Source: Octopus sinensis (lineage: Eukaryota). From it: a stretch of DNA of 64,000 nucleotides. Position 1 is the stretch's first letter. Every line of letters starts with the position of its first letter. Positions 37,321 to 49,730 of this stretch are shown here, piece by piece. Where the stretch lies: assembly GCF_006345805.1 (NCBI RefSeq), contig NC_043013.1, positions 29,636,001 through 29,700,000 on the forward strand. The letters are read 5' to 3'. The notes beneath the pieces were generated by a model, which was given only the letters and a program-made list of their open reading frames with translations, did no database searches and had not been told where the DNA came from. The position numbers were made by a program, and so were the translations under genes.

Positions 37321-37528
37321 ATGTGTTTGTGTTTGTCCCCCCAACATCACTTGACAACCGATGGTGGTGTGTTTACGTCCCCGTAACTTAGCAGTTCGGC
37401 AAAAGAGACTGATAGAATAAGTACTAGGCTTGCAAAGAATAAGTCCTGGGGTCAATTTGCTCGACTTAAGGCGGTGCTCCAGCATGGCCACAGTCAAATG
37501 ACTGAAACAAGTAAAAGAGTAAAAGAGT
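37075..37528 (+). mobile_element. SINE family A, full length
   Basis: Complete head, microsatellite core and tail. Confidence 0.9.
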
Positions 37529-38096
37529 TATGTACTTTGGTCGGTTTCATTGGTTACTGGAGTTAAGGTAGGATAATTGTTGTGCTGATGATGCCTATTG
37601 GGATAGAAACATGTGCAAATGACTGTCCTCTTGTCTCCAGACAATAAACCTGTCCATTTCCTAAATGGCATGTCAACTTTGGAGAAATTCTTAATTCTTG
37701 AGATTATCTCTCCTTTTGATATGAAACTGGTTTCAAACACCATTTGGTAATTGTGATACATCCCTTAGAAGCAGGGATAATGTTAACCAATCAATAATTT
37801 ATGTTGTATGGTATTTGCGGTACCTGTATTTATTTATGGTATCCTTTATATTCCACTGGCCACTCTTGAGTTATTTCTCGTATCTCATTTTTGTTTAATT
37901 GACAACACCCTACACCAATCTTACAAACTGGAATGGTTCGTGCCAGTGTGAGAAATGCTGATTTCTCTTGCCCATGACAGTTTTCTAATGAAGGAAAGGT
38001 GCTACTGTTACATTACTGTTAGATATTTTATTGATCTCTGGTTCATTAGAAGGGGAGATAAAAAATTTGGCATTGGACTTGGTATTATTTCTAGCG

Positions 38097-38323
38097 TTGA
38101 GCTGGCAGAATCGTTAGCATACCAGGTGAAATGCTTATCAGCATTTCGTCTGTCTTTATGTTATGAGTTCAAATTCTGACAAGGTCGACTTTACCTTACA
38201 TCCTTTCAGGATCGATTAAATAAGTACCAGTTACACACTGGTGTCGATGTAATTGACTTAATCCTCTCCCCCAAGCTGCCCTTGTGGCAAAATTTGAAAT
38301 CATTATTATTGTTTTTATTATTA

Positions 38324-38357
<34 letters not shown>

Positions 38358-39185
38358 GTTCTCAGGTATGTGTAAGTGGCTCTCTCTCTCTCTCTCTATC
38401 TATCTTTCTCACATGCACGTCCATTTCATATATTATGGCGGTGAGCTGGCAGAATTGATAGTATGCTGGGTGAAATGCTTAGCAGCATTTCATCTGTCTT
38501 TACATGCTGAGTTAAAATGCTGCTGAGGTCAACTTTGCCTTTTATCCTTTTGGGGTCGTTAAATTAAGAACCAGTTGCATACTGGGGTCGATGTATTTGA
38601 CTAGTCCCCTCTCCCAAATTTCAGGCCTTGTGCAATTAGTAGAAAGGATTATTTCTAGCTGGTAGAGTGAGCACATAGTTTTTCCCTATTTACTTGTTGG
38701 GTGTGTAGTTGGTTTGTTAGATGTGTAGTTGATTGATGACAGAACGCTAATCAAAATGCCTGCAGCTTATAGTGACATATTTCTACATTCTCAGTTCAAA
38801 TCATAGTAAGGATGAGTTAGTCTTTCATCTTTATAATGTTCATCAAAGTAATACTGAGCAATCACTGAGGTAAATATATTCAACTTCTCCCTCCACCATC
38901 ATCATATTCACTCTACAAATATCTTGGGGGTTTGGGGATAAACTCATGTTCAAAATAAATATTTCTTTATTGCCCACAGTGGGGCTAAACAAAAAGTGGA
39001 CAAACAAGGACAGACAAAGGGATTAAGTCAATTACATCGACCACAGTGCATAACTGGTACTTATTTAATCAACCCCGAAAAGATGAAAGGCAAAGTCGAC
39101 CTTGGTGGAATTTGAACTCAGAATGTAACGGCAGACAAAATACTGCTAAGCATTTTACTCGGTGTGCTAACGATTCTGCCAGCTT
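38097..39185. mobile_element. Three SINE B copies: 38097-38310 (+), 38447-38650 (+), 38965-39185 (-)
   Basis: Family B sequence recognisable in each. Confidence 0.8.
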
Positions 39186-39246
39186 CATGCCCTTTTCAAA
39201 ATAAATATTGGTTAAATTTAATATATTTTTCCTCGTTCTGTTCCAG

Positions 39247-39315
39247 TTCCCTGAATTTGATGACATCTATTGCCGTCATTGTTTTGTCTATGGAGATGAC
39301 TGGATTATTACTGCG
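39247..39315 (+). CDS. B9D1: B9 domain-containing protein 1, internal exon (equivalent to human exon 2): [23 protein letters not shown]
   Basis: 69-nt phase 0/0 exon with TTCCAG| acceptor and |GTATG donor. Matches the recalled human segment [23 protein letters not shown] and joins in frame to 47111. Confidence 0.93.
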
Positions 39316-39559
39316 GTATGTATACCATTAGTATTGCTGAATACTGTATCTTTGAATTTACCTGTACCACATGCTTTTTGATTCCTCCAGGATCTTTCTG
39401 GTAAATATAGATAAGTCTCATAGATTAGAAAATGAATTTTGTTATCCTGCTTGCTACTTGTGAGTATATATGTTTATATATATATGCTTATATATGTGCA
39501 TATATTTATATGTATGCATATGTGTGTGTATATATTTATATATATATTCTTTTATTCTT

Positions 39560-39790
39560 TTACTTGTTTCTGTCATTTAACTGTAGCCATGCTGAAACAC
39601 CACCTTTAGTTGAACAAATTGAGCCCAAGACTTATTCTTTGTAAGCCTAGTACTTATATTATCGGTCTCTTTTTGCTGAACCACTAAATGACAGGGATGT
39701 AAACACACCAACATCGGTTGTCAAGTGGTGTCGGGGGGGGAGAAACAGACACACAAATACATACATACATAATACATACATACGTACATA
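39560..39790 (-). mobile_element. SINE family A 3' half
   Basis: TTACTTGTTTCTGTCATTTAACTG..GCCATGCTG..CACCACCTTTAG is the reverse complement of the family A tail. Confidence 0.8.
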
Positions 39791-40874
39791 CATACATAAT
39801 ACATATATACATACATACATATATATATATGCACACACACATGCACCAGATATATATGTATGCTATTAAGGTTCTCATTTTGTTAAATGAATAAATAATT
39901 CATCATTCTAATTTCTGAAAGTTGATGAACAAACTAAATTATTTCTCCATTTTCTTATTTGTATTATAAATTAACGGTAAAATATTTCTTTACCTTCACC
40001 CGTTTAATACAATAAATAAGTTAATTGCATTGCAATTAAAAACATTTATGTATTAAGAATTTGGGTACTTTACCAACAGTATATTGGATAAATACTATCC
40101 TTTAGTGGGTTGCACCCATAACCCCTAACTTACTTTGTGTTATATATATATATTTATATAGTTGAAGTTTACAGAAAAACAAAAGACGTGAGTTGTTGCA
40201 TCAACTGGTCTCTTTGCTTATTGAAATATAATGCAAGCAAATGGCCGAGAATTAAAGAAATACCTATCCCTTAATGTATTCCTCTGGCAGAATTAATGCG
40301 ATACTATGTGTGTGTGTGTGTGTGTGTGTGAAGGCTGGTCCTCTGAATCATAGGGTTCCACCATTTCCATTCATTGAATTCCAGACAACAAGGCCTTTAG
40401 TGATCTGGTGCCATGCAGTGAGTTTTAAACAAGTGATTTTATGCTTGCGTAGTAAACTTCTTAGGCACTTATCCATTCCTGTATCCATTTATATATTACA
40501 CTCATCATTTTCACATTCACTTTTCCTGCCTGCATGGGTCAGATGTTTCTTTTTTTTCTTCTGGGGCATATTTTCTACAGCCAAGTGCTATATGTCATCA
40601 TCATCATCATCATCATTTAATGGCTGTGTTTTATGCTGGCTTGTGTTGGACAGTTTGATGGGAGCTGGTAAGCATGGGGTCTTTGCCAAGCTCCACTCTC
40701 TACCTTGGTGTAGTTTTTACATCTCGATGTTCCTAATGCCAACCACTTTACATATATATAATAAAAATTCCATATATTACATATATATAATAAAAATTCC
40801 AGCGAAACTAATTTAAACATACCTATTTTACACATTCTTAAGGGTTTAAAAAAATTAAAATATAGTTTATTGTA

Positions 40875-41228
40875 GGCGCAGGAGTGGCTGTGTGGTAAGT
40901 AGCTTGCTAACCAACCACACGGTTGCGGGTTCAGTCCCACTGCGTGGCATCTTGGGCAAGAGTCTTCTGCTATAGCACCGGGCCGACCAATGCCTTGTGA
41001 GTGGATTTGGTAGACGGAAACTGAAAGAAGCCTGTCATATATATGTATATATATGTATATGTGTGTGTCTGTGTTTGTCCCCCTAGCATTGCTTGACAAC
41101 CGATGCTGGTGTGTTTATGTCCCCGTTACTTAGTGGTTCGGCAAAAAGAGACCGATAGAATAAGTACTAAAAAGGTGGTGCTCCAGCATGGCCGCAGTCA
41201 AATGACTGAAACAAGTAAAAAAGTAAAA
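40875..41228 (+). mobile_element. SINE family A (small deletion before tail); degenerate minus-strand RTE tail at 40600-40750
   Basis: GGCGCAGGAGTGGCTGTGTGG..CAGTCAAATGACTGAAACAAGTAAAA. Confidence 0.9.
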
Positions 41229-42266
41229 GAGAGAGAGAGAGTATTGAAAATTGATAAAGTTATATAAGGGCCTGATGATTAGGGTGGCATCTTGAGAGGG
41301 GTTCCAGGGAAACACGGAGTGGTTTAGGAACCCGAGGATGTACCTCATGAAACACTTGTTGACAAGTAATAAAACAGTAGGTATTTAAAATAAAAATAAA
41401 AATTCTTTTTATTTGATGAGATGTAGGGGTCTACTATATCTAAATTAATATATATATATATATACAAATTGAGATAGGAGTTGTAAATGCAACCCTCCAT
41501 GGGATAATATATATCCAATATACTGCTAGTGAAGTACCCAACAAAGTTAATACATAAATGTTAAGGATTGCGATGCAATCAATTCATTTACTGTATTATA
41601 TGGGCAAAGGTAAAATGATTTACCACAAATTACTAATATAAGATAAGAAAATGGAGAAATACATCTAAATCAAATATCAATTACCAGATAATACTCAATC
41701 ACATACTTTATTAAACCACCACACCACATAAGAGACTGTAGGGTTAAACATAAAAAACAGAACAAATCAGTGTACATAAAGGAATGTACATAAAAAAGTG
41801 TACGTAAAAGAGTAATATTGTATAATAAGTAGAATATATATAAAAAAGAGAATATAAATATAAGTAAATATAAATATAAGTATAGATTACATCTTACAGC
41901 TGTTTCGGCCATGTAGATAAGTATGTCTCATTTTACCAATATGAGCCTTTTATGGTAGGTCTTACATTAGGATCCAAAGTGGCACATATGTATGTCCAGG
42001 TTCCAGTTAGTAATTTTCCTTATGACATAAATACACTATTGGATTTGAATTTAAATTATCATTGTCTTCCTCACGGTTGGTTCGCCGAGAGCTGCCCGAC
42101 CTCCACCACACCGCACAAAAAAACATCCACATCCACATCCAACCCTAAGAACAGTAGCTTGTGCCCTGTTTATCTCCTAAATACCAACCTACCCAAAAAA
42201 CGTCCCCCACCACCACTCCATTAAATCTGCCTAAATGCATAAATACCAGAACTTATTTTGACAGCC

Positions 42267-42317
42267 AGCTTCCTGAAGATTTCATCTGAATGAAACAGTT
42301 CTAGTCCTGTAGAAGCT
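42267..42317 (+). ncRNA. Type I hammerhead ribozyme fold
   Basis: Stem I AGCTTC/GAAGCT (6 bp), CTGAAGA, weak stem II (TTC-ATCT-GAA with a U.U closing mismatch), GAAA, stem III ACAG/CTGT with an 8-nt loop, and GUA cleavage triplet. Confidence 0.6.
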
Positions 42318-42639
42318 CCTTCTATAAAATAAATTACATTACTCTGCTATGTATTGAGTACCTTATTTACTGTGGTTAACCCCGACTCAACCCGGGACCT
42401 ACATATATATATATATATATTTAAATTTAAAATAATAAGGGTGAAAAACTGAATATCAGTTTGATTAATATCAATTTAAATCCAGTGGTCTAGCATATTT
42501 AAAAATCTGAAGTTTCAGAACAAATTATATTACATACATATAAAAGGGATGACCTGAAGTAGACATCCACTATGCTTTAAGTGGACATTCATCATGTGGA
42601 CGTCTCGTGTATAGTTCTGCAAATTATAATTTCAAAGAC

Positions 42640-42714
42640 GATCACACTGACGAGTTTACGGATGATTACGTAAATGATTAAGTAAGCATTAACAATGAAA
42701 CCTGGTTTGTGATT
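42640..42714 (+). ncRNA. Minimal type I hammerhead ribozyme interrupted by an approximately 20-nt insertion
   Basis: Stem I GATCACA/TGTGATT, CTGACGA, 7-bp stem II GTTTACG/CGTAAAT, insertion, then GAAAC-CTG-GT-T. Confidence 0.55.
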
Positions 42715-42751
42715 AGTCTATATTTTGTATATATATGTGTGTATATATATA

Positions 42752-42809
<58 letters not shown>

Positions 42810-42948
42810 AAAGGGATGACCTGTAAGTGGACATCCATTATGCTAGAAGAAGATCCACTATGGTCTTACCACTAAGAAAGGAATTTTCTCAAGAAAATTT
42901 AGCAAATGCCAGAACATAAGTGAGCAAGACAAATGTCTTGCTCACTTT

Positions 42949-43024
<76 letters not shown>

Positions 43025-43324
43025 TATATATACACACATATATATATGGTTCAACTTTACAGAAAGTAAAAGATGAAGACAGATGAGGGAACAACAAGCA
43101 GATGTATTAGTTTGATGCTTTGGAAGAATGGAAATATCTTTGACATTTTCAGCCTATGCTTTTCGACAGAAATGGTTAAGCGGAACAAAATGGAGAGGGA
43201 ACGCAAAAAAATAAAAAAGCAGGAGGAGAAAAAATGTGTAGGGATTAACAGTTCAACATGATGAAAAGAAAAAAGAAATATATATATATATATGTATAAG
43301 GATGAAAAGGAACACACGAGTTGA

Positions 43325-43614
43325 TATATATGAAAAAACAAGTCAAAATAGAAAATGCTAAAATAATTTTATAAAGAACATTTCAGTACTGGTTTCAGTC
43401 ATTTTGAGACCTTTTCAACTGTAACGATTAAATGCCACTTATATTTGAACACTATACAAATATTCTTTTAAAAAAACTTTTCTTTTAATTTTTCTAAATT
43501 TAATTATTTAATCATTATAGTTGAAAAGGTCTCAAAATAACTGAAACCGGTACTGAAATATTCTTTATAAAATTATTTTAGCATTTTCTATCTTGACTTG
43601 TTTTTTCATATATA
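43325..43614. repeat. (TA)n-flanked foldback: about 109-bp inverted arms with a 73-bp spacer
   Basis: 43325-43433 is the near-perfect reverse complement of 43507-43614. Confidence 0.9.
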
Positions 43615-44464
43615 TATACATATATATATGCATGCATATGCACAAACACACACACACACACACACACACCCACGCAGACATACATACATGAAAATGTAAT
43701 ATATTTGTGTCCTCATCACTGGAAGCTGTTGCATCCGAGGAACTTGTCCTGATTGCTCAACATCAATGATTTTGTCCATGTTTAACAAGGAATATGAGAT
43801 TGTCTATTGTAGCATTGGATGGCATGTAAACACCCCGGGAGGAATGGTGTGAGGAGCAAGTTCTTTGTGCACATCACTGGTTCGTTTTAATGACGATGGA
43901 AACCATTGAAAATATGTGATATATATATATATATATATATAAGAAATTTGACCTCCAATATATATCAGGCTAAAAACTCTGCGGAAAGTTACTCGAAAAT
44001 ACCATCAACATATACAGCAGTTATTAAGTTCCTATTTAACATAACTAATGCAGAGAGCCTCAAAAAAAAAAAAAAAAAAAGAGAGAGAGAAAAAGTTGCT
44101 GGTTTTTCAAAATGATTTTTTTCATTTTTTTATGTTGGTTATTTATTTCCTGTTTTAATATCTTTTCTGTCATTTTTCTTAATGAGCTAAAATAGAAAAC
44201 AGACAGACATGAAGAAGAGGATTTATCGATCGCAGTCTAAACTTAGTAATTTGATTACTGGTCCTTATTGTCCACCAGTGAATCATTTTGACATGTCGTG
44301 GCTTGTGCTGTGATGGAATTAATAAATGAATTAATATTGGCCAGCACATGGTAGTAGTGGTAGTATCAAGTAGCAGCGAAGATAAAGTATTGGATGACCA
44401 TCTGAGAGATAGTGAGTTCAAAGCCCCAGCAGGCATGTCATTGTGCATTATTTTTTAATTTTAA

Positions 44465-46170
44465 AGGCAGTGAGCTGGCAGAAATGTTAGCACATTGGGC
44501 GAAATGCTTAGCGGCATTTCTGAGTTCAAATTCCACTGAGGTCTACTTTGCCTTTCATCCTTTCGGGGTTGATAAATTAAGTACCAGTTATGCACTGAGG
44601 TTGATGTATTTGACTTAATCCTTTTGTCTGTCCTTATTTGTCCCCTCTGTGTTTGCCCCTTGTGGGCAATAAAGAAACATCATATTTTAATTTTCTATGT
44701 ATGTCAGTTTGCTTAGGTGCCAGAGTGGTGTGAGAATGAATGAAATAGGGACATCTTTTTTATATATAATTCATATAAATTGTGTGGTTAAGGAGTCCTT
44801 TTTGCAACCACATGGTTTTAGGTTCAGTCCCATTGCATGGCACTTTGAGCAAGTGTCTTCTACTATAGCCCCAGGTCAACCAATGCCTTGTAAATGAAAT
44901 TGGTAGACAGAAACTGTGCAGAAGGTGGCGAGCTGGTAGAAACATTAGCACGCCGGGCAAAATGCTTAGCGGTATTTCGTCTGCTACTTTGTTCTGAGTT
45001 CAAATTCTGCCAAGGTCGACTTTGCCTTTCATCCTTTTGGGGTAGATAAATTAAGTACCAGTTACGCACTTGGGTCAATGTAGTCGACTTAATCCCTTTG
45101 TCTGTCCTTGTTTGTCCCCTCTATGTTTAGCCTCTTGTGGGCAATAAAGAAATAAGAAACTATGCAGAAGTCTATCAGGAGTGGCTGTGTGGTAAGTGGC
45201 TTGCTTACCAATCACATGGATCTGGGTTCAGTCCCACTGCGTGGCACCTTGAGCAAGTGTCTTCTACTATAACCTAGGGCTGACCGAAGCCTTGTGAGTG
45301 GATTTGGTAGACAGAAACTGAAAGAAGCCCGTCGTATTTTTACATATATATATATATATATATATGAATGTGTGTGTGTATATGCTTGTGTATCTGTGTT
45401 TGTCCTCCCCATCGTCGCTTGACAACCAATGCTGGTGTGTTTACATCCCCGTAATTTAGCGGTTCGGCAAAAGAGACTAATAGAATAAGTGCTAGGCTTA
45501 TAAAGAATAAGTCCTGGGGTTGATTTGCTCATCTATAGGTCAAATGACTGAAACAAGTAAAATAGTGAAAGAGATACATATAGATGTGTGTGTGTGTGTG
45601 TGTGTGTTGTGTGTGTGTGTGTGTGTGTGTGTTACTCTCTCCTCGCTTGATAACTAGTGCTGATTTGTTTACATCGCTGTAACTTAGCGGTTCAGCAAAA
45701 GAGACTGATAGAGTAAATTCCAAACTTGAAAAACAAGTACTGGGGTCAATCTAATAAACTTAAACCTTTCAAGGTGGTGCCCCAGCATGGCCACAGTCCA
45801 AAGAATGATACAAGCAACAAGCAGATAAAGACACATGCACACACAGCATCACATTACATATGGAATAGTGCAATGAGATTCTGTAATTTTGCTTGTTTTT
45901 GTTTGTTATGTAATGCAGTGGTTGTATAACATAATATATGTTTCTTTATTACCCACAAGGGGCTAAATATAGAGGGGACAAACAACGACAGACAAAGGGA
46001 TTAAGTCGATTACATCGACCTCAGTGCGTAACTGGTACTTAAATTATCGACCCCGAAAGGATGAAAGGTAAAGTCGACCTCGGCGGAATTTGAACTCAGA
46101 ACGTAACGACAGACGAAATACGGCTACGCATTTTGCCCGGCGTGCTAACAATTCTGCCAGCTCGTCACCC
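44465..46170. mobile_element. SINE cluster: B(+) 44465-44680, A 5' part 44790-44920, B(+) 44925-45160, A(+) 45177-45562, A 3' part 45600-45800, B(-) 45940-46170
   Basis: Each matches the family A or B copies elsewhere in the window. Confidence 0.85.
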
Positions 46171-46579
46171 TAAACAATACAACGCGGTGTAGGAGTATAG
46201 CCAAGATCATCCCCTTCATCATCATTATCATCAAGTGCTTCCCATGTTGGCATGGTTGCATGGAGTCTTTGTGGTCCAAGTCAGATCTTATTTTTAATTA
46301 TTGACCTCCTGGACAAGTTGCAGGACTGTGTCCTACACTTGTTTCATTGTGTTTTTATTGCTGTGGCTTGATGCACATTCCAAGTGTCAACCATTTTACA
46401 TGGGTTACTGGGTGCATTTTATGGAGGCAACAGCAAGAGACTTAAAGGGACCCCTTGACCTTACAGTGTCAGGTAGAAATGTTGTGTATAACAGAGCTCG
46501 AAAAAATTAGTATCAAAACTAACAAAGGGCCTCATCAGTATCAAGTTAGCACTGCAGCATTAAAGATTTAGGGGTTAGT

Positions 46580-46800
46580 ACACATTAGGGCTGGTTTCTC
46601 AGTTTCTCTGGTGTATATATTCCTCCTAAATGGGGCACCAGTCCACCACAGGACTACTTATTTTTACTTGATGAGTAGACTGGAGCAACGTGAAATGAAG
46701 TGTTTTGGTCAAGAACCCAACACATTGCCCAGTCAGGAATTGAAACCACAATCATCCGATCTTGAGTCCAACACCCTTACCACTAAGCCATGTGCCTTCA
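46580..46800 (-). mobile_element. Further tRNA-derived SINE family (partial second copy at 47335-47455)
   Basis: Minus strand GAAGGCACATGGCTTAGTGGTAAGGGTG..GGTTTCAATTCCTG tRNA-like head followed by CACTTCATTTCACGTTGCTCCAGTC. Confidence 0.6.
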
Positions 46801-47110
46801 TTTAGTTGTACAGCCAAATCCTTCAGGCATGAAGAGAGATGCATCCAGCAGGGAATGCCTTTACTTTTCACTTACACTTTTTTGCACGGTCTATATTTTT
46901 TATTTATGTTGTTGTTGTTCAACTCAGAGTTAACTCTAAATTCTAAAGAAGCAGACTTATGATCAAAATTCCAGCTGTGACCATCCCCTTTTAATTTTCT
47001 TTTCTTTCCAGTTCTCTTTTCTATTCTACATTATTCTTTGTGTCCTTCTTTCCTATCTTTTGCATTTTTTAAGAAGATGGTGATGTTTTCTTTTCTTTGT
47101 GTTGTTGCAG

Positions 47111-47222
47111 GGTTTGGAGGAGGGCATTACCCAAGTGACAAAGAAAAGTCCAGACAGACGTCAAGTACATGTCTGGAACTTTCCATTGAATATCACATTT
47201 AAAAGTACCAACCCATTTGGCT
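47111..47222 (+). CDS. B9D1: B9D1 internal exon (equivalent to human exon 3): [37 protein letters not shown]
   Basis: 112-nt phase 0/1 exon with TTGCAG| acceptor and |GTAAGT donor. Matches the recalled human [37 protein letters not shown]. Confidence 0.96.
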
Positions 47223-47794
47223 GTAAGTAACTCCACATCTCTATTTCTACCTTTGAAATTCATAATTTAGTTCATTATTTAAATTGTGATGATACTAAAA
47301 GATTAGGTTTGGTCAGTCCACATTACTCCTTAAGGAGCATAGGGCCAGATTTGTGGTTCTTATGGGACGAATATATTCCTCTCTATATGGGACACCGGTT
47401 CATTGTAGGATAACCCACTTTTACTAGCTCAGTGGACTAGAGCAACATGAAATGGTACTAAATACAGAATGTTCAAGATTTATTTCTGTTACCATGGCGA
47501 GAAATTATAATTTTTTTTCCAAGGTTTTTCTTTTAATTGGAAGATGCAATTAAAAAGTACTGTCCAATTCAACTGAGAATTATATACATTTTTTTTATTG
47601 TGTTTGCCTGAATAGACAGAAATGGTCTTTGGAATTTAAAGTTTTGAATATCAGAAATTCAGAATCCACTCACACAGAGAAAGAAATGATGTTTTAATTT
47701 TAAAAATTTTCATTAATTAGATATTGATTAGGGTTAGTGGATTTACAGTTGTAGAACTTTTTTCTGTATATAATTTAGTGGAAATGTATTGTTG

Positions 47795-48308
47795 CAGGTA
47801 TGACTGTGTGGTCACAAGTTTACTTGCCAACCCTATGTTTCCTAGTTCAGTCCCATTGTATGTTACTTTGGGCAAGTGTCTTCTACTATAGCTTCAGGCT
47901 AACCAAAACCTTTTGAGTGGAAACTGGAAGAAGCCTGTTGTATATGTATTCTTTTATTCTTTTATTTGTTTCAGTCATTTGATTGTGGCCATGCTGGAGC
48001 ACCACCTTTAGTCGAGCAGATCAACCCCAGGACTTATTCTTTGTAAGCCTAGTACCTATTCTATCAGTCTCTCTTGCCTAACTGCTAAGTGACAGGGACA
48101 TAAACACACCAGCATCGGTTGTCAAGCGATGTTGGGGGACAAACACACACACACATATGTATACAATGGGCTTCTTTCACTTTCTGCCTACAAAATCCAC
48201 TCACAAGGTTTTGGTCGGCCCGAGGCTATAGTAGAAGACACTTGCCCAAGGTACCACGCAGTAGGACTGAACCTGGCAAGCTACTTACCACACAGCCACT
48301 TCTGTGCC

Positions 48309-48341
<33 letters not shown>

Positions 48342-48585
48342 TTGTATGTATATATGTGTATATATCTAGTTGTGTGTTTGTCTTTGTCCCTCCCCACTGC
48401 TTGACAACCAGTGTTGGTCTTTTTACATCTCTGTAACTTAGCAGTTCAGCTAAAGAGACTAATAGAATAAGCACCAGGCTTAAAAGGAAATAAGTACAGG
48501 GGTTGAATCATTTGACTAAAAACCTTCAAAGTAGTGCTCTAGCATGGCCACAGTCAAATGACTGAAACAATTATAAGATAAAAAA
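47795..48585. mobile_element. SINE A (+) with a second SINE A (-, about 47950-48305) nested in its microsatellite
   Basis: 5' half 47795-47945, inverted full copy, then (TA/TG)n and 3' half 48330-48585. Confidence 0.75.
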
Positions 48586-48607
48586 AAAAGATATAAAACT
48601 GTGAATG

Positions 48608-48860
48608 CAAGGTTTCTCAACCATTTTTTTTAATCTATGAACCCCTTTGATTTCTATATGATGCAGATGGAGCTTCATACCCATTTGATGTTTAAAAACC
48701 CCTTTTTGTATTTTTATCATTAAATATTATTAGGAAATGTATAAAAAAAATTACTAAAATATTTTGTGCATTGTAGAAATATAACCACTTTATAAATTTT
48801 AGCAACAAAATCTGATATGAACCCCCAAGGGCCATCTGGACCCCCAGTTGAGAACCACTG
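48608..48860. mobile_element. hAT-type MITE related to 29230-29533
   Basis: Right TIR GTTGAGAACCACTG and eroded left TIR; no clear TSD. Confidence 0.6.
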
Positions 48861-49274
48861 CACTAGAGACACCCAAGGTGCCAGGTGCTTGTGTTAAACT
48901 GGGTAACAGGTAAAAATCTAGTATCCAAGTCTTACTGTCCTTGTAACTATTATTTTTACGATCATGCTTTGTTTGTTTGTTTGTTTAATAAATGGCTTTT
49001 GGTTGTTATGGTTTCAATATTAGCAATTTGGAATCTGCAAAAATAAAAAAGGAAACGGATTTGTCTCAATTTTTAAAAGAATTGATTTATGAACTAAAAT
49101 AATTTTATTTTTTAATCAGAAATTGATTATGGTTAGAAGATTTTCAGCTGCTGTGCTTTTATGTATTGTATAAGTGCATGCATTTTTTTCATTTGCAGCT
49201 GAAGTATATAAATGTGTTTTGCTTATATTTGAAGCACATAATGTTTTATTTGCCTATGAAATCCTTTTCCCTTT

Positions 49275-49650
49275 TAGTATGTATGTATGTGCGTGCATGC
49301 GTGTATGTATGTATGTATGTATGTATGTATGTATGTATGTATGTATGTATGTACGTGTGTGTGTGCATGTATGTGTGTATGCATGTGTGTATGTATGTAT
49401 GTATGTATGTATGTATGTATGTATGTATGTACGTGTGTGTGTGCATGTATGTGTGTATGCATGTGTGTATGTATGTGTGTATGTATGTATGTATGTATGT
49501 GTGTGTGTATGTATGTGTGTGTGTCTGTATGTATGTATGTACGTACGTGTGTGTGTGTAGGTTTGTGTGTATATATGTATGTAAATGTGTGTGTGTGTAT
49601 GTATGTGTGTATGTATGTATGTACGTGTGTGTGTGTGTGTGTATGTATGT

Positions 49651-49706
<56 letters not shown>

Positions 49707-49730
49707 ATGCATGCAAGCATGCATGTATGT
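49275..49730. repeat. Compound (ATGT)n/(GT)n microsatellite
   Basis: Direct inspection; explains six spurious ORFs. Confidence 0.95.

Noticed and set aside
37528-37761. Minus-strand ORF and an NGQV-containing frame
   Set aside because: Wrong strand for B9D1 and no recognisable homology.
41270-41365. CTGATGA..GAAAC and CCGAGGA..GAAAC motifs
   Set aside because: Stems I and II could not be closed; not a credible hammerhead.
43690-43900. GC-richer unique patch with short open frames on both strands
   Set aside because: No motif or splice support; left unassigned.
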